A stretch of DNA of 64,000 nt from a virus. Shown piece by piece: positions 9,012-18,380 of the stretch. Made by a program: the position numbers and the translations under genes. Under the pieces are notes generated by a model. It made no database searches, was not told the DNA's origin, and worked only from the letters and a program-made list of their open reading frames with translations. The stretch covers positions 15,104-79,103 of the IMG/VR virus record IMGVR_UViG_3300032240_001667. One strand, written 5' to 3'. Numbering within the stretch: position 1 is the stretch's first letter; the number at the start of each line of letters is the position of its first letter.

Positions 9012-9046
9012 ATAGAGTTTTGTTTTTTATAAAACTCTGTTATACT
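9012..9046 (+). promoter_or_regulatory. Inverted repeat AGAGTTTT-N9-AAAACTCT abutting extended -10 TGTTATACT of the RNR gene
   Basis: Palindrome at 9014-9038; extra AAAACTCT copy at 8989-8996; TGTTATACT at 9038-9046. Confidence 0.45.
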
Positions 9047-9079
9047 TAGTACTATTCCGTTTTTGAAAGGACGATACAC

Positions 9080-11110
9080 ATGTCAGATTTTTTTAGTTTT
9101 AAACTTCCAGAAGATTTTGTAGAAAATTACAAAAACAAAGAAAATCCATTTGGTTTTAAAGATGCAGCAGAAAACTCACTTGGAGAAATTACTTTTATTC
9201 GCACCTATTCTCGTGTAAAGGAAGATGGAACTAAAGAGCGTTGGCATGAAGTTTGTCGTCGTGTAATTGAGGGTATGTATTCAGTTCAGAAGAATCATGC
9301 TAAAGAAAATCGTTTGCCATGGAATGATTACAAGGCTCAAAAATCAGCACAAGAAGCATTTCAAAGAATGTTTGAACTTAAGTGGACTCCGCCAGGAAGA
9401 GGTATGTGGACATTTGGAACTCCAATGACCATGGAAAAAAGAAATTCTGCAGCACTTCAAAATTGTGCCATGGTTTCTACCAAAGATCTTGACAAAAATG
9501 ATCCAGGAGCATTATTTGCTTGGGTTATGGATGCTCTTATGCTTGGCATTGGTGTTGGTTTTGATACAGTAGGACAGGAAAAGAATTTCTTAATCTATAC
9601 TCCCACAGAACCAGCAGCGATCTTTGATATTCCAGACACTCGTGAAGGTTGGGTAGAATCAGTTCGTATTTTGTTAAACTCTTATCTTCGTCAAAATCAA
9701 TCAATTCAAAAGTTTAACTATGACCTTATCCGTCCTCTAGGAGCACCAATTAAAGGCTTTGGAGGGGTCGCCAGCGGTCCAGCACCACTCATGCAACTCC
9801 ATGCACAGATCGAGAAAGTAATTGGCGGTAGAGCGGGAGAGACCCTAGATAGTCGTGCCATTACAGATATTATTAATCTTATTGGTACCTGTGTGGTATC
9901 AGGAAATGTTCGTCGTTCTGCAACACTTGCTTTGGGTGCAGCAGGAGATGAAGATTTTATTAATCTTAAAAATGCTGAAGTATTCCCAGATCGTAACTCA
10001 TTTGATCCAGAAAACCCAGGATGGGCTTGGATGTCAAATAACTCAATTTCTGCAACAGTTGGAATGGACTATGAAAAGTACACCGATCTAATTGTTAATA
10101 ACGGAGAGCCAGGATTTATTTGGCTTGATGTTGCTCGTAACCATGGTCGTTTAGCAGATCCTGCAGATGGAAAAGACTACCGTGTTATGGGCTTCAATCC
10201 TTGTGCGGAGCAGCCATTGGAGTCGTATGAACTTTGTACTCTTGTAGAAGTTCACTTAAATCGACATGAATCCAAGGAGGACTTCCTCAAGACATTGAAG
10301 TTTGCTTATCTTTATGGCAAGACTGTCACATTGCTTCCAACACATTGGCAGCAAACAAACGGTATTATGCAAAGAAATCGTAGAATTGGTACATCTCTTA
10401 CAGGTATTGCATCATTTGCAGATCAAAAAGGTCTTCCAGCAGTCCGTGAGTGGATGGATGAAGGCTATCAAACAATTCGTAAATACGATCACTCTTATTC
10501 TGAATGGCTATGTGTTCGTGAATCAATTCGAGTAACAACGGTTAAGCCATCGGGATCTGTTTCAATTCTTTCTGGTGCAACACCTGGAGTTCACTGGGGA
10601 CCTGGAGGAGAATTCTTCCTACGTGCTGTAAGATTTGGTGATACAGATCCAATGCTACATTTGTTTAGAGCAGCCAACTATAATGTTGAAAAAGATGTTG
10701 TTTCAGCAAATACATCTGTTGTTTATTTTCCAATTAAGTCTGGACAAAAGCGTTCTGAAAAAGATGTAACATTATTTGAAAAAATTGCTCTTGCAGCAAC
10801 TGCTCAAAAATACTGGTCAGATAATGGTGTTTCTGTAACACTTTCATTTGACAAGGAAACAGAGTCTAAGCATGTTGCTCCAGCACTTCACATGTATGAA
10901 GGGCAACTAAAGGCTGTTTCATTCTTACCAATGGGAAATACTGTTTATCCGCAGCAACCATATACTCAAATTACTGAAGATCAATATACAAGTTATATTG
11001 GTAAACTTAAGCACATTGACTTTAGTGCAATTTACGATGGTGTAGATAATTTGGAAGGATCTGGTGAAGCCTATTGCACTACAGATTATTGCGAAATTAA
11101 AATTGGCTAG
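9080..11110 (+). CDS. nrdJ: Class II (adenosylcobalamin-dependent, monomeric RTPR-type) ribonucleotide reductase
   Basis: RTYSR, PPGRG, LQNC, GNVRRSA, NPCAEQ catalytic loop, TTVKPSG, C-terminal CTTDYC redox pair. Confidence 0.93.
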   Translation: MSDFFSFKLPEDFVENYKNKENPFGFKDAAENSLGEITFIRTYSRVKEDGTKERWHEVCRRVIEGMYSVQKNHAKENRLPWNDYKAQKSAQEAFQRMFELKWTPPGRGMWTFGTPMTMEKRNSAALQNCAMVSTKDLDKNDPGALFAWVMDALMLGIGVGFDTVGQEKNFLIYTPTEPAAIFDIPDTREGWVESVRILLNSYLRQNQSIQKFNYDLIRPLGAPIKGFGGVASGPAPLMQLHAQIEKVIGGRAGETLDSRAITDIINLIGTCVVSGNVRRSATLALGAAGDEDFINLKNAEVFPDRNSFDPENPGWAWMSNNSISATVGMDYEKYTDLIVNNGEPGFIWLDVARNHGRLADPADGKDYRVMGFNPCAEQPLESYELCTLVEVHLNRHESKEDFLKTLKFAYLYGKTVTLLPTHWQQTNGIMQRNRRIGTSLTGIASFADQKGLPAVREWMDEGYQTIRKYDHSYSEWLCVRESIRVTTVKPSGSVSILSGATPGVHWGPGGEFFLRAVRFGDTDPMLHLFRAANYNVEKDVVSANTSVVYFPIKSGQKRSEKDVTLFEKIALAATAQKYWSDNGVSVTLSFDKETESKHVAPALHMYEGQLKAVSFLPMGNTVYPQQPYTQITEDQYTSYIGKLKHIDFSAIYDGVDNLEGSGEAYCTTDYCEIKIG

Positions 11111-11132
11111 TTTATGGTAAAATAGAGTTATA

Positions 11133-14100
11133 ATGTCTACTCCATCTAACCTATATGCAGAAAAAGTTTTTTCCGAGCATCCAACTTCTTTGTGGGCTTT
11201 AGATGATGTAGCAGACTACATTTCTATTATATCTGAAGAGCAAAGATCTTTTGCAAGTTGGAATATTATCGGGGCAACAAAATCTATAATAAATTCAGAT
11301 AGTAGTCCATTTTTAAATAGTGTAACAAATCAATTAACTGCAATTAAACCAGTTGGAGAAATTGGTCAAATAACTTGTGTAAGTCCAGATATTGTCAATT
11401 TCTCTGATTTAAATCATTCTCTTAAAACATTTTCAATAGGAGGATATTTTTATTCTAATACTGCAGCAATTTCTAGTTTTGAAATTGGTTACGAGTACTA
11501 CGATGTTACTACAGGAACAGTTGTTCAAAAACTTAATCTTTTTAATTTGCCAATAAATAAAAAATGGGTGTTTCTTTCCGAAACTTTTGAAATTCCAAAA
11601 GATAATACAACAGCCAGAGTTGTTTTAAAAGTTAATTATTTTTATTCAGAAAACACTGAAGATGCGTATACATTTAACATAAATGGAATTACTTTTGGTC
11701 AGTGGTCAGAGGAATTTAATTCAACTTCTTTGGGTGTTCAAAAAACTTTAATACCAACTGGTATAGTATCAAATAGTAGTGAGTATGGAATACCAGCAGT
11801 TTCTTATGGACTTCAACAAAGCGTTGGCTATTATTTAGTTAACAACAATTCACTTGTTGCAAAAAATACTGGCATTCCATTGGTATATGGTGCATCTAGT
11901 ATTACAAAACTTTCTCCAAATAATGGCAAGCCTTCTCTAATTATTCCTGGTCATGGTTTTTTACATGAAAATGGAAAATACAACAATTACACATTTGAAA
12001 TGTGGCTAAGAGTAAATAATGACTCTTCAACCCCTAAAAGAATTTTTGGACCAATAGGATCTGAAAATGGAATTTATTTAGATGGACCATCTATTATTTT
12101 AAAAATAGATAAATACATTGGAACATATTATGTTGGCGAATGGGGTAAGCCAATGCTGTTAAATATTATATATGGTAGCAATGGTGCAAGCATAGTATTA
12201 AATGGAGAAAAGGTTTTATCTTTGCCATTTAATAGTTCTGACATATCTTTCACCTCAAACGCTATTGACTGGCTAGGGTTTTGGTCATATGAAGATGTTT
12301 CACCAATTGAGGTTGACTCTGTTGCAATTTATTCATATCAAGTTCCAGAAATAGTATCAAAAAGAAGATTTGTTTATGGACAAGGGGTGGAGTTTCCAGA
12401 AAATATTAATACTTCTTATAGTGGCTCTTCTGTTTTTATAGATTATCAATATGCAAATTATACAAACAACTATACATATCCAGATATTGGAAAATGGAAT
12501 CAAGGTATAAAAAATAATTTAATTATTAAAAACAATATTCTATCAACTCCAGAATACACATTGCCATCTTTGATTTTGGAATCAGGAGACCCATCTGATT
12601 TAACAAATATAATTTTTAATGATTCAGTGCAAACAGAAAAAGAAACATTTTTTACTTTTAAACCAAATAATTCTTGGACAAAAAATGGTTATCTTGTTTT
12701 TGATAATTTTAATTTTTTACAAGAGGAAATTAAAGCATTTTATGCCGTTATTAAAACATCAAAAGTTACAACTTCAGATGAAGTTTTGTTATACATAGAA
12801 TCTCAAAGCACATCAAATTATTTTTCTATAGTTTTAAACGGTTCAAATATTGAATATAGATTGCATTATGGAAATAAAGATTATGTTGTTTATACTGCTA
12901 CTGGTGTTACAGTTGGAGGAATTTTTCCAATAGGTTTGGATATTAATAAATTTGCAAATTATTTTGGACAAAATATTTTATCATTTTTTGGAAATAGAAT
13001 AGATTTAAAGTTTTATATTGGTGGAAATAAAAAGTTTGATAAAAGTTTTCATGGAAAGTTTTATAAAGTAGGATTTTGTAATGCATCCAATCTTTCAGAA
13101 ATACAAACATTTTTTAATGAAAGAGGTTGTGTTTTAGAATATGAAGATGTATTTTATTCTTACTTTGTTGAATCATTTTTTGATGCTGGACAATATACAG
13201 GAATAAGTTCAAGTTATTGGTCGTCTACTCTGGATGGCGGTTCCCCATCTGAAATACAATCTACTAATCTTTTACAACATACATCAAGTTATACACTAAT
13301 TACTAAAAAATATTTTAACTCATACTACTTTGATATTGCGGTAAAGTCTTCTTGGAAAGATTATTTGCCACTTACTTATTTTTCTGAATTAGTAAAAGAT
13401 ACAAATGGCGACTATTATTCGGACCTTGATTTTATTCAATTTAATATAGACTATCCATCGCCATCAAAATTTTTAGAAAAATCAACAAACCCTGTTCCGT
13501 GGAAATACGGAAGTCCAACTATTTTAGAAAATGGAGAAATTTTACCATCTTTGCTTGAAGAATACTCAAATCCAACACAAAAAACTTATTCTAATTTAGA
13601 TAATAAACTTTATACAAAATTTAATAATTATGAAGATTTAAAAAATAAATCATTAAAATCTTATGTTTTTGATACATCAAATTCTTATGTTAAATCATAT
13701 GTTACTTTTGAATATATTTCAAATGGATCAAACTCAAATGATTTATATTTTACAAACATTGAAGCACCATCAAAAAATGGAATTGTGGATCCAAAATTAA
13801 ACTGGATAAACACAAAATATGAAGTAGTTGATAACATGATTATTTATCCACCATCTGATGACATAAAAGAATTATCTTTAGTTACAAGACTTGAATTTTT
13901 GGTAGATGGAATATTAACTCATAAAGTAAATGTTAAAACGCTAGAGTATGCCTCTCAAGCATTCAATGATTCATCACCTAATCCTGTTGGAACAAAGTTT
14001 GGAACTCCTATATATCCATATAAAAAATCTGGATACTATTACAACTATAAAGACAAAAACCCTTTTACAATTTATAAAAAAAGCACTCCTTATTTATTTT

Positions 14101-14843
14101 TAAGCAGGTTTAGTGGTATAACTTTAAGGGGAGAGGAAAGTCAATCAGTAGATCGTGGACTTATGATTCCTATAAATCAAACATTGGCAGAAAATTATAA
14201 AGTAATGGCAATGCAGGCAGCAATAAGATATGACCAAGATTTCTTTCCTTATGATCCAATTAAAATTTTTGAAATTGAATCAAAAGATCAGCATATAAAA
14301 TTTTATTCTATTGCAAATAGTTCTGATGGAAATAGAGCAAAAATTTATGCAATAAATGCAAAAACTGGAAAACTTGAAAATGGCATTGCATTTTATTGGA
14401 ATGGCAAACTAGTAAAAGAACCAATCATAACAATAAAAGAGTGGGGCTTTTTGGGAATATCTTTTTCTAATATTCTTGATTTTAAATATACAACAGGATC
14501 TATTAAGATAACTGGACCAATTACATTTAATACAATTTCTTATTATCAAACTACAACTTTACAAGAAGTTCAACAAATAACAACTAGACCTTGGTTTAAG
14601 ATTAAATATCAAGATTTTAATCCTTTAAATTGGAATTTTTGGAGTCCAGCATATAACTGGCAAAATGTTTTGGTTATATCTACAAAAAGTTATTATGGGG
14701 TAGAGCCAGACACTATTTATAATAGTTATGTAGGAACCAACAAAATTATCATTGATGACAGTAAAGTGTTTAAACTTGGTGGTTATGAGTACAACTTTTA
14801 TCAAGATGCGTCATGGCAACAAAATACCGTAAGTGCTATCTAA
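11133..14843 (+). CDS. Large virion structural protein with LamG/ConA-like beta domains
   Basis: 1236 aa, aromatic beta-rich; SEHPTSLWALDD and YTFEMWLR resemble LamG-like segments; lies in the structural region. Confidence 0.5.
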   Translation: MSTPSNLYAEKVFSEHPTSLWALDDVADYISIISEEQRSFASWNIIGATKSIINSDSSPFLNSVTNQLTAIKPVGEIGQITCVSPDIVNFSDLNHSLKTFSIGGYFYSNTAAISSFEIGYEYYDVTTGTVVQKLNLFNLPINKKWVFLSETFEIPKDNTTARVVLKVNYFYSENTEDAYTFNINGITFGQWSEEFNSTSLGVQKTLIPTGIVSNSSEYGIPAVSYGLQQSVGYYLVNNNSLVAKNTGIPLVYGASSITKLSPNNGKPSLIIPGHGFLHENGKYNNYTFEMWLRVNNDSSTPKRIFGPIGSENGIYLDGPSIILKIDKYIGTYYVGEWGKPMLLNIIYGSNGASIVLNGEKVLSLPFNSSDISFTSNAIDWLGFWSYEDVSPIEVDSVAIYSYQVPEIVSKRRFVYGQGVEFPENINTSYSGSSVFIDYQYANYTNNYTYPDIGKWNQGIKNNLIIKNNILSTPEYTLPSLILESGDPSDLTNIIFNDSVQTEKETFFTFKPNNSWTKNGYLVFDNFNFLQEEIKAFYAVIKTSKVTTSDEVLLYIESQSTSNYFSIVLNGSNIEYRLHYGNKDYVVYTATGVTVGGIFPIGLDINKFANYFGQNILSFFGNRIDLKFYIGGNKKFDKSFHGKFYKVGFCNASNLSEIQTFFNERGCVLEYEDVFYSYFVESFFDAGQYTGISSSYWSSTLDGGSPSEIQSTNLLQHTSSYTLITKKYFNSYYFDIAVKSSWKDYLPLTYFSELVKDTNGDYYSDLDFIQFNIDYPSPSKFLEKSTNPVPWKYGSPTILENGEILPSLLEEYSNPTQKTYSNLDNKLYTKFNNYEDLKNKSLKSYVFDTSNSYVKSYVTFEYISNGSNSNDLYFTNIEAPSKNGIVDPKLNWINTKYEVVDNMIIYPPSDDIKELSLVTRLEFLVDGILTHKVNVKTLEYASQAFNDSSPNPVGTKFGTPIYPYKKSGYYYNYKDKNPFTIYKKSTPYLFLSRFSGITLRGEESQSVDRGLMIPINQTLAENYKVMAMQAAIRYDQDFFPYDPIKIFEIESKDQHIKFYSIANSSDGNRAKIYAINAKTGKLENGIAFYWNGKLVKEPIITIKEWGFLGISFSNILDFKYTTGSIKITGPITFNTISYYQTTTLQEVQQITTRPWFKIKYQDFNPLNWNFWSPAYNWQNVLVISTKSYYGVEPDTIYNSYVGTNKIIIDDSKVFKLGGYEYNFYQDASWQQNTVSAI

Positions 14844-14861
14844 TATGGTATACTGGTGGTT

Positions 14862-15266
14862 ATGAATATAGAAAATACAAAGAAAAACAGTAAACCGCTT
14901 CCCAAAATGAAAGGGCAAGTTGGTGAGTCCCGTGCAAAGATTATTGAAAAGCATTATGACTGGGGTCTATACGTTTATAAAAAGTCTAATGGAAAATGGT
15001 TTACAGATGGAACTGGGTCAGTTTTAAACATCGAGTCCATGAAGGGTGATATTTTACAGATTGCAAAATTAAAACAAGCAGCAAAATATTATGGTGATGA
15101 AGGCGATGGAGAATGTGTATTTGTTCCAGGACTTACAAGAATTACAGAAGAAGAATATTCAGAACAAAAAGAAAGACTTGCAGAAGGACTTATCCCATCA
15201 ATGAATGATCTTGGTGCTTGGAAGGCTGCACAGGATACATATAAGAAATATGGAAGTGATGAATAA
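14862..15266 (+). CDS. Hypothetical protein upstream of portal
   Basis: ORF coupled to the portal by TAATG overlap; ATG lies 7 nt after TGGTATACT. Confidence 0.65.
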   Translation: MNIENTKKNSKPLPKMKGQVGESRAKIIEKHYDWGLYVYKKSNGKWFTDGTGSVLNIESMKGDILQIAKLKQAAKYYGDEGDGECVFVPGLTRITEEEYSEQKERLAEGLIPSMNDLGAWKAAQDTYKKYGSDE

Positions 15267-16882
15267 TGTCAGTTGATAAAGAATACAGGGTTCCAGCAAG
15301 AATTGATGATTTACCAGAAATAGATGATACCTTTATTAAACAAGACCCTTTTAATAAAAGTTGGGATGATTTAAAAACATTTGAAGGTTTGGAAAATAAC
15401 TTTAAAAGAAGAGCAGCAAGAATGTCTAAGGTTGATGCCCCTCAATCATACATTGATAATGCTAGGGCAGAAAGCACTGGTATTGGTGGAGCAAAATCAA
15501 AAGAGATTAATCCAGGCTTAATCTATAGAAATGGTTACGGCTTATTTGATGTTATAACTCCTCCATGGAATTTATATGAACTTGCAAATTATTATGATAC
15601 ATCTTTTGCAAATCATGCTGCAATCGATGCTAAGGTAGAAAACATTGTTGGGTTAGGTTATGACTTTGAGGTTTCTTCAAGAACCATGTTAAAACTAGAA
15701 TCATCATCTGATACAAATGCAGTTGATCGTGCTAGAAAAAGAATTGAAAGAGCAAAAATAGAAGTGCGTGATTGGTTAGAATCTTTAAACCAAGAAGATT
15801 CTTTTACTGCTTCTATGGAAAAAGTTTTTACAGATTTACAGGCAACTGGTAATGGGTATTTAGAAATTGGAAGAACTATTAAGGGCGACATTGGATATGT
15901 TGGACATATACCGTCAACAACAATAAGAGTTCGAAGATTGCGTGACGGCTTTGTTCAAGTTATTGCAAATAAGGTTGTTTACTTTAGAAATTTTGGGGCA
16001 ACTAATGCAAACCCATTAGGAACAGATAATAGACCAAACGAACTTATTCATTTCAAATCATATTCACCATTAAATACATTTTATGGAGTTCCAGATATTT
16101 TATCTGCAATAAATTCACTTTATGGCGATGCTCTTGCTTCACAATACAACATTGATTATTTTAGCAATAAAGCAGTTCCAAGATATGTTGTAACACTCAA
16201 GGGTGCCACCTTATCACAACAAGCAGAAGATAAACTTTTTAGATTCTTGCAAACTGGTTTAAAGGGGCAAAATCATAGAACTCTTTATATTCCTCTACCT
16301 GCAGACAACGATACTAACAAAGTAGAATTTGATATGAAGCCAATTGAAAATGGAATTCAAGAAGGATCATTTAAAGAATATCGTAAACAAAATCGTGATG
16401 ATATTTTGGTTGCTCATCAAGTTCCTCTTTCAAAATTAGGTGGATCAGATTCTGCTGCAATAGCAGCAGCACTTGCACAAGATAGAACATTTAAAGAACA
16501 AGTTGCAAGACCAGCACAAGATAAAATGAATAAAATAATTAATAAAATTATTCGTGAAAAAACAGATATATTAGATTTTAAATTTAATGAACTTACACTT
16601 ACTGATGAAATTGCTCAATCTCAAATTCTGGAACGCTATGTTAAAAATCAAATAATGTTGCCAAACGAAGCAAGAACTATTTTGGGCATGCCACAAAGAG
16701 AAGGCGGAGATCAACCATTAACTGTAAAACCAGAAAATACAAATAATGATGCTAATCGTGCCAGAGATGGGCAAAGATTAAATAATCAATCCGATGGGCC
16801 TGCAACACTTGCAGGAAGAAATCCAAAAGGAGAAGGAAGAAAATATGATGAAGTTGACAGTATTGCCGAATTGTCCGAATAG
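15266..16882 (+). CDS. Portal protein (PBSX/HK97-like)
   Basis: GNGYLEI, HIPSTTIR, NELIHFK..SP...YGVP, YFSNKAVPRYVV, PNEAR motifs; position before protease and capsid. Confidence 0.9.
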   Translation: MSVDKEYRVPARIDDLPEIDDTFIKQDPFNKSWDDLKTFEGLENNFKRRAARMSKVDAPQSYIDNARAESTGIGGAKSKEINPGLIYRNGYGLFDVITPPWNLYELANYYDTSFANHAAIDAKVENIVGLGYDFEVSSRTMLKLESSSDTNAVDRARKRIERAKIEVRDWLESLNQEDSFTASMEKVFTDLQATGNGYLEIGRTIKGDIGYVGHIPSTTIRVRRLRDGFVQVIANKVVYFRNFGATNANPLGTDNRPNELIHFKSYSPLNTFYGVPDILSAINSLYGDALASQYNIDYFSNKAVPRYVVTLKGATLSQQAEDKLFRFLQTGLKGQNHRTLYIPLPADNDTNKVEFDMKPIENGIQEGSFKEYRKQNRDDILVAHQVPLSKLGGSDSAAIAAALAQDRTFKEQVARPAQDKMNKIINKIIREKTDILDFKFNELTLTDEIAQSQILERYVKNQIMLPNEARTILGMPQREGGDQPLTVKPENTNNDANRARDGQRLNNQSDGPATLAGRNPKGEGRKYDEVDSIAELSE

Positions 16883-16921
16883 TGATACTTTTGTAAAAAA
16901 GGGCTTATAATATATAATACG

Positions 16922-18358
16922 ATGACTATATCAAAAGCCCATTGGAATTCAGAGGGTGAGAACCTTCGTCTTTCCATGCCATTTAGCAAGGTAGATAAAG
17001 AAAGACGCACAGTCTCAGGTTTTGCGTCCCTAGATAATTTAGACAAGCAAATGGATATTGTCACAGCAGAAGCGTCTATGCAAGCATTTGCAAAGTTCCG
17101 TGGAAATATTAGAGAAATGCATCAACCATCAGCAGTTGGCAAAATGGTTAATTTTAAAGAAGATAAGTATTTTGATCCAGAAGCAAAAAAGTTTTATAAG
17201 GGTGTTTATGTTTCTGCTTATATTTCAAAGGGTGCACAAGATGCATGGGAAAAAGTTTTAGATGGAACTTACACTGGTTTTTCAATCGGTGGAAAAATGA
17301 ATAAGTGGGATGACGCATATGATGAAAAGTCAGATTCACAAATTAGAATTATTAAAGAATATGATTTGGTAGAGTTGAGTCTTGTAGATTCACCAGCAAA
17401 TCAATTTGCAAACATTGTTTCAGTAGAAAAGGTAGATGGTGTTGATATGGTTAAAGGCGATCAAACTGTTATAGAAAATGTTTTTTGGGATAAGCAGTCA
17501 GGAATTGTAACGGTATCAGAAAATGAATCAGAAATTAGTCCAGTATCTGGTGAACTAATGCAAAATATAGGGTTCGTTGAAAAAACGGATAGCGAAAAAA
17601 TAAACATGATAAAATTCTTAGTTGATAGTGCTAAAGGCATTAATACTTCTAAGATTAACAAGGAGGTTAGTCCTATGACAGAAAATACAAATACAGTTGC
17701 GGAAGCAACAAAGTCAGAAGTCGCTCCAAAGGCAGATAACACTAATGAGGTTTTGAAGGCTTCAACATGTCCAGATTGTGGAATGTCTATGGACGCCTGC
17801 AAGTGCGATATGAAGGCTATGAAAAGCCCAGTAAAGGATGAAGCAGAATCTGCTGCTATGGCAGCAAAAGAAACTCCAGCAGACGAAGAAGCAGAAGCAA
17901 AAAAGGCTATGAAGCCAGTTGCAGATGAACAAGAGTCCGCTGCAGAAGCCGCTGCAGAAACCCCAGCAGATGAAGAAGCAGAGGCTAAGAAAAAGCCAAT
18001 GTCTTCAAAATCAGACGAAGTAATTGTTGAGTCACTTGCTGAAATCAAGAATACTCTAACATCAGCCTTTAGCGATTTAGTATCAACAGTAAAGTCCCTA
18101 CAAGCCGAAGTGGAATCACTTAAGGTTTCTAAGGTAGACGTAGATACAGTAAAAAGTTCATTTGATGCAGTTGCAAAAGATATTGCAGCAGTATCAACTG
18201 GATTTAATGAGTTTGGAAAGAGAGTAGATGCTGTGGAAGCAGATACCGCTTTTCGAAAGTCTGGCGATCTCGGCGAGATTGTACAGGATCAGCCTGAAAT
18301 GGTTGAAAAATCCCTATGGGGCGGTAGTTTCCTCAAAACAGCCGATCTATTAAATTAG
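16922..18358 (+). CDS. Prohead maturation protease fused to scaffold
   Basis: GFASLDNLDKQMD, IREMH, TGFSIGG, LVELSLVDSPAN (HK97/S78-like protease); acidic and coiled-coil C-terminal half. Confidence 0.88.
   Translation: MTISKAHWNSEGENLRLSMPFSKVDKERRTVSGFASLDNLDKQMDIVTAEASMQAFAKFRGNIREMHQPSAVGKMVNFKEDKYFDPEAKKFYKGVYVSAYISKGAQDAWEKVLDGTYTGFSIGGKMNKWDDAYDEKSDSQIRIIKEYDLVELSLVDSPANQFANIVSVEKVDGVDMVKGDQTVIENVFWDKQSGIVTVSENESEISPVSGELMQNIGFVEKTDSEKINMIKFLVDSAKGINTSKINKEVSPMTENTNTVAEATKSEVAPKADNTNEVLKASTCPDCGMSMDACKCDMKAMKSPVKDEAESAAMAAKETPADEEAEAKKAMKPVADEQESAAEAAAETPADEEAEAKKKPMSSKSDEVIVESLAEIKNTLTSAFSDLVSTVKSLQAEVESLKVSKVDVDTVKSSFDAVAKDIAAVSTGFNEFGKRVDAVEADTAFRKSGDLGEIVQDQPEMVEKSLWGGSFLKTADLLN
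17675..18358 (+). CDS. Probable nested in-frame scaffolding protein
   Basis: AAGGAGGT SD at 17660-17667 and in-frame ATG at 17675; TGATAAAAT at 17607-17615. Confidence 0.55.
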   Translation: MTENTNTVAEATKSEVAPKADNTNEVLKASTCPDCGMSMDACKCDMKAMKSPVKDEAESAAMAAKETPADEEAEAKKAMKPVADEQESAAEAAAETPADEEAEAKKKPMSSKSDEVIVESLAEIKNTLTSAFSDLVSTVKSLQAEVESLKVSKVDVDTVKSSFDAVAKDIAAVSTGFNEFGKRVDAVEADTAFRKSGDLGEIVQDQPEMVEKSLWGGSFLKTADLLN

Positions 18359-18380
18359 AAAATCACTAGGAGGTGACAAT

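Noticed and set aside
8980-9079. Cobalamin riboswitch or NrdR box before nrdJ
   Set aside because: The intergenic region is only ~100 nt and AT-rich, with no B12-box or NrdR consensus visible.
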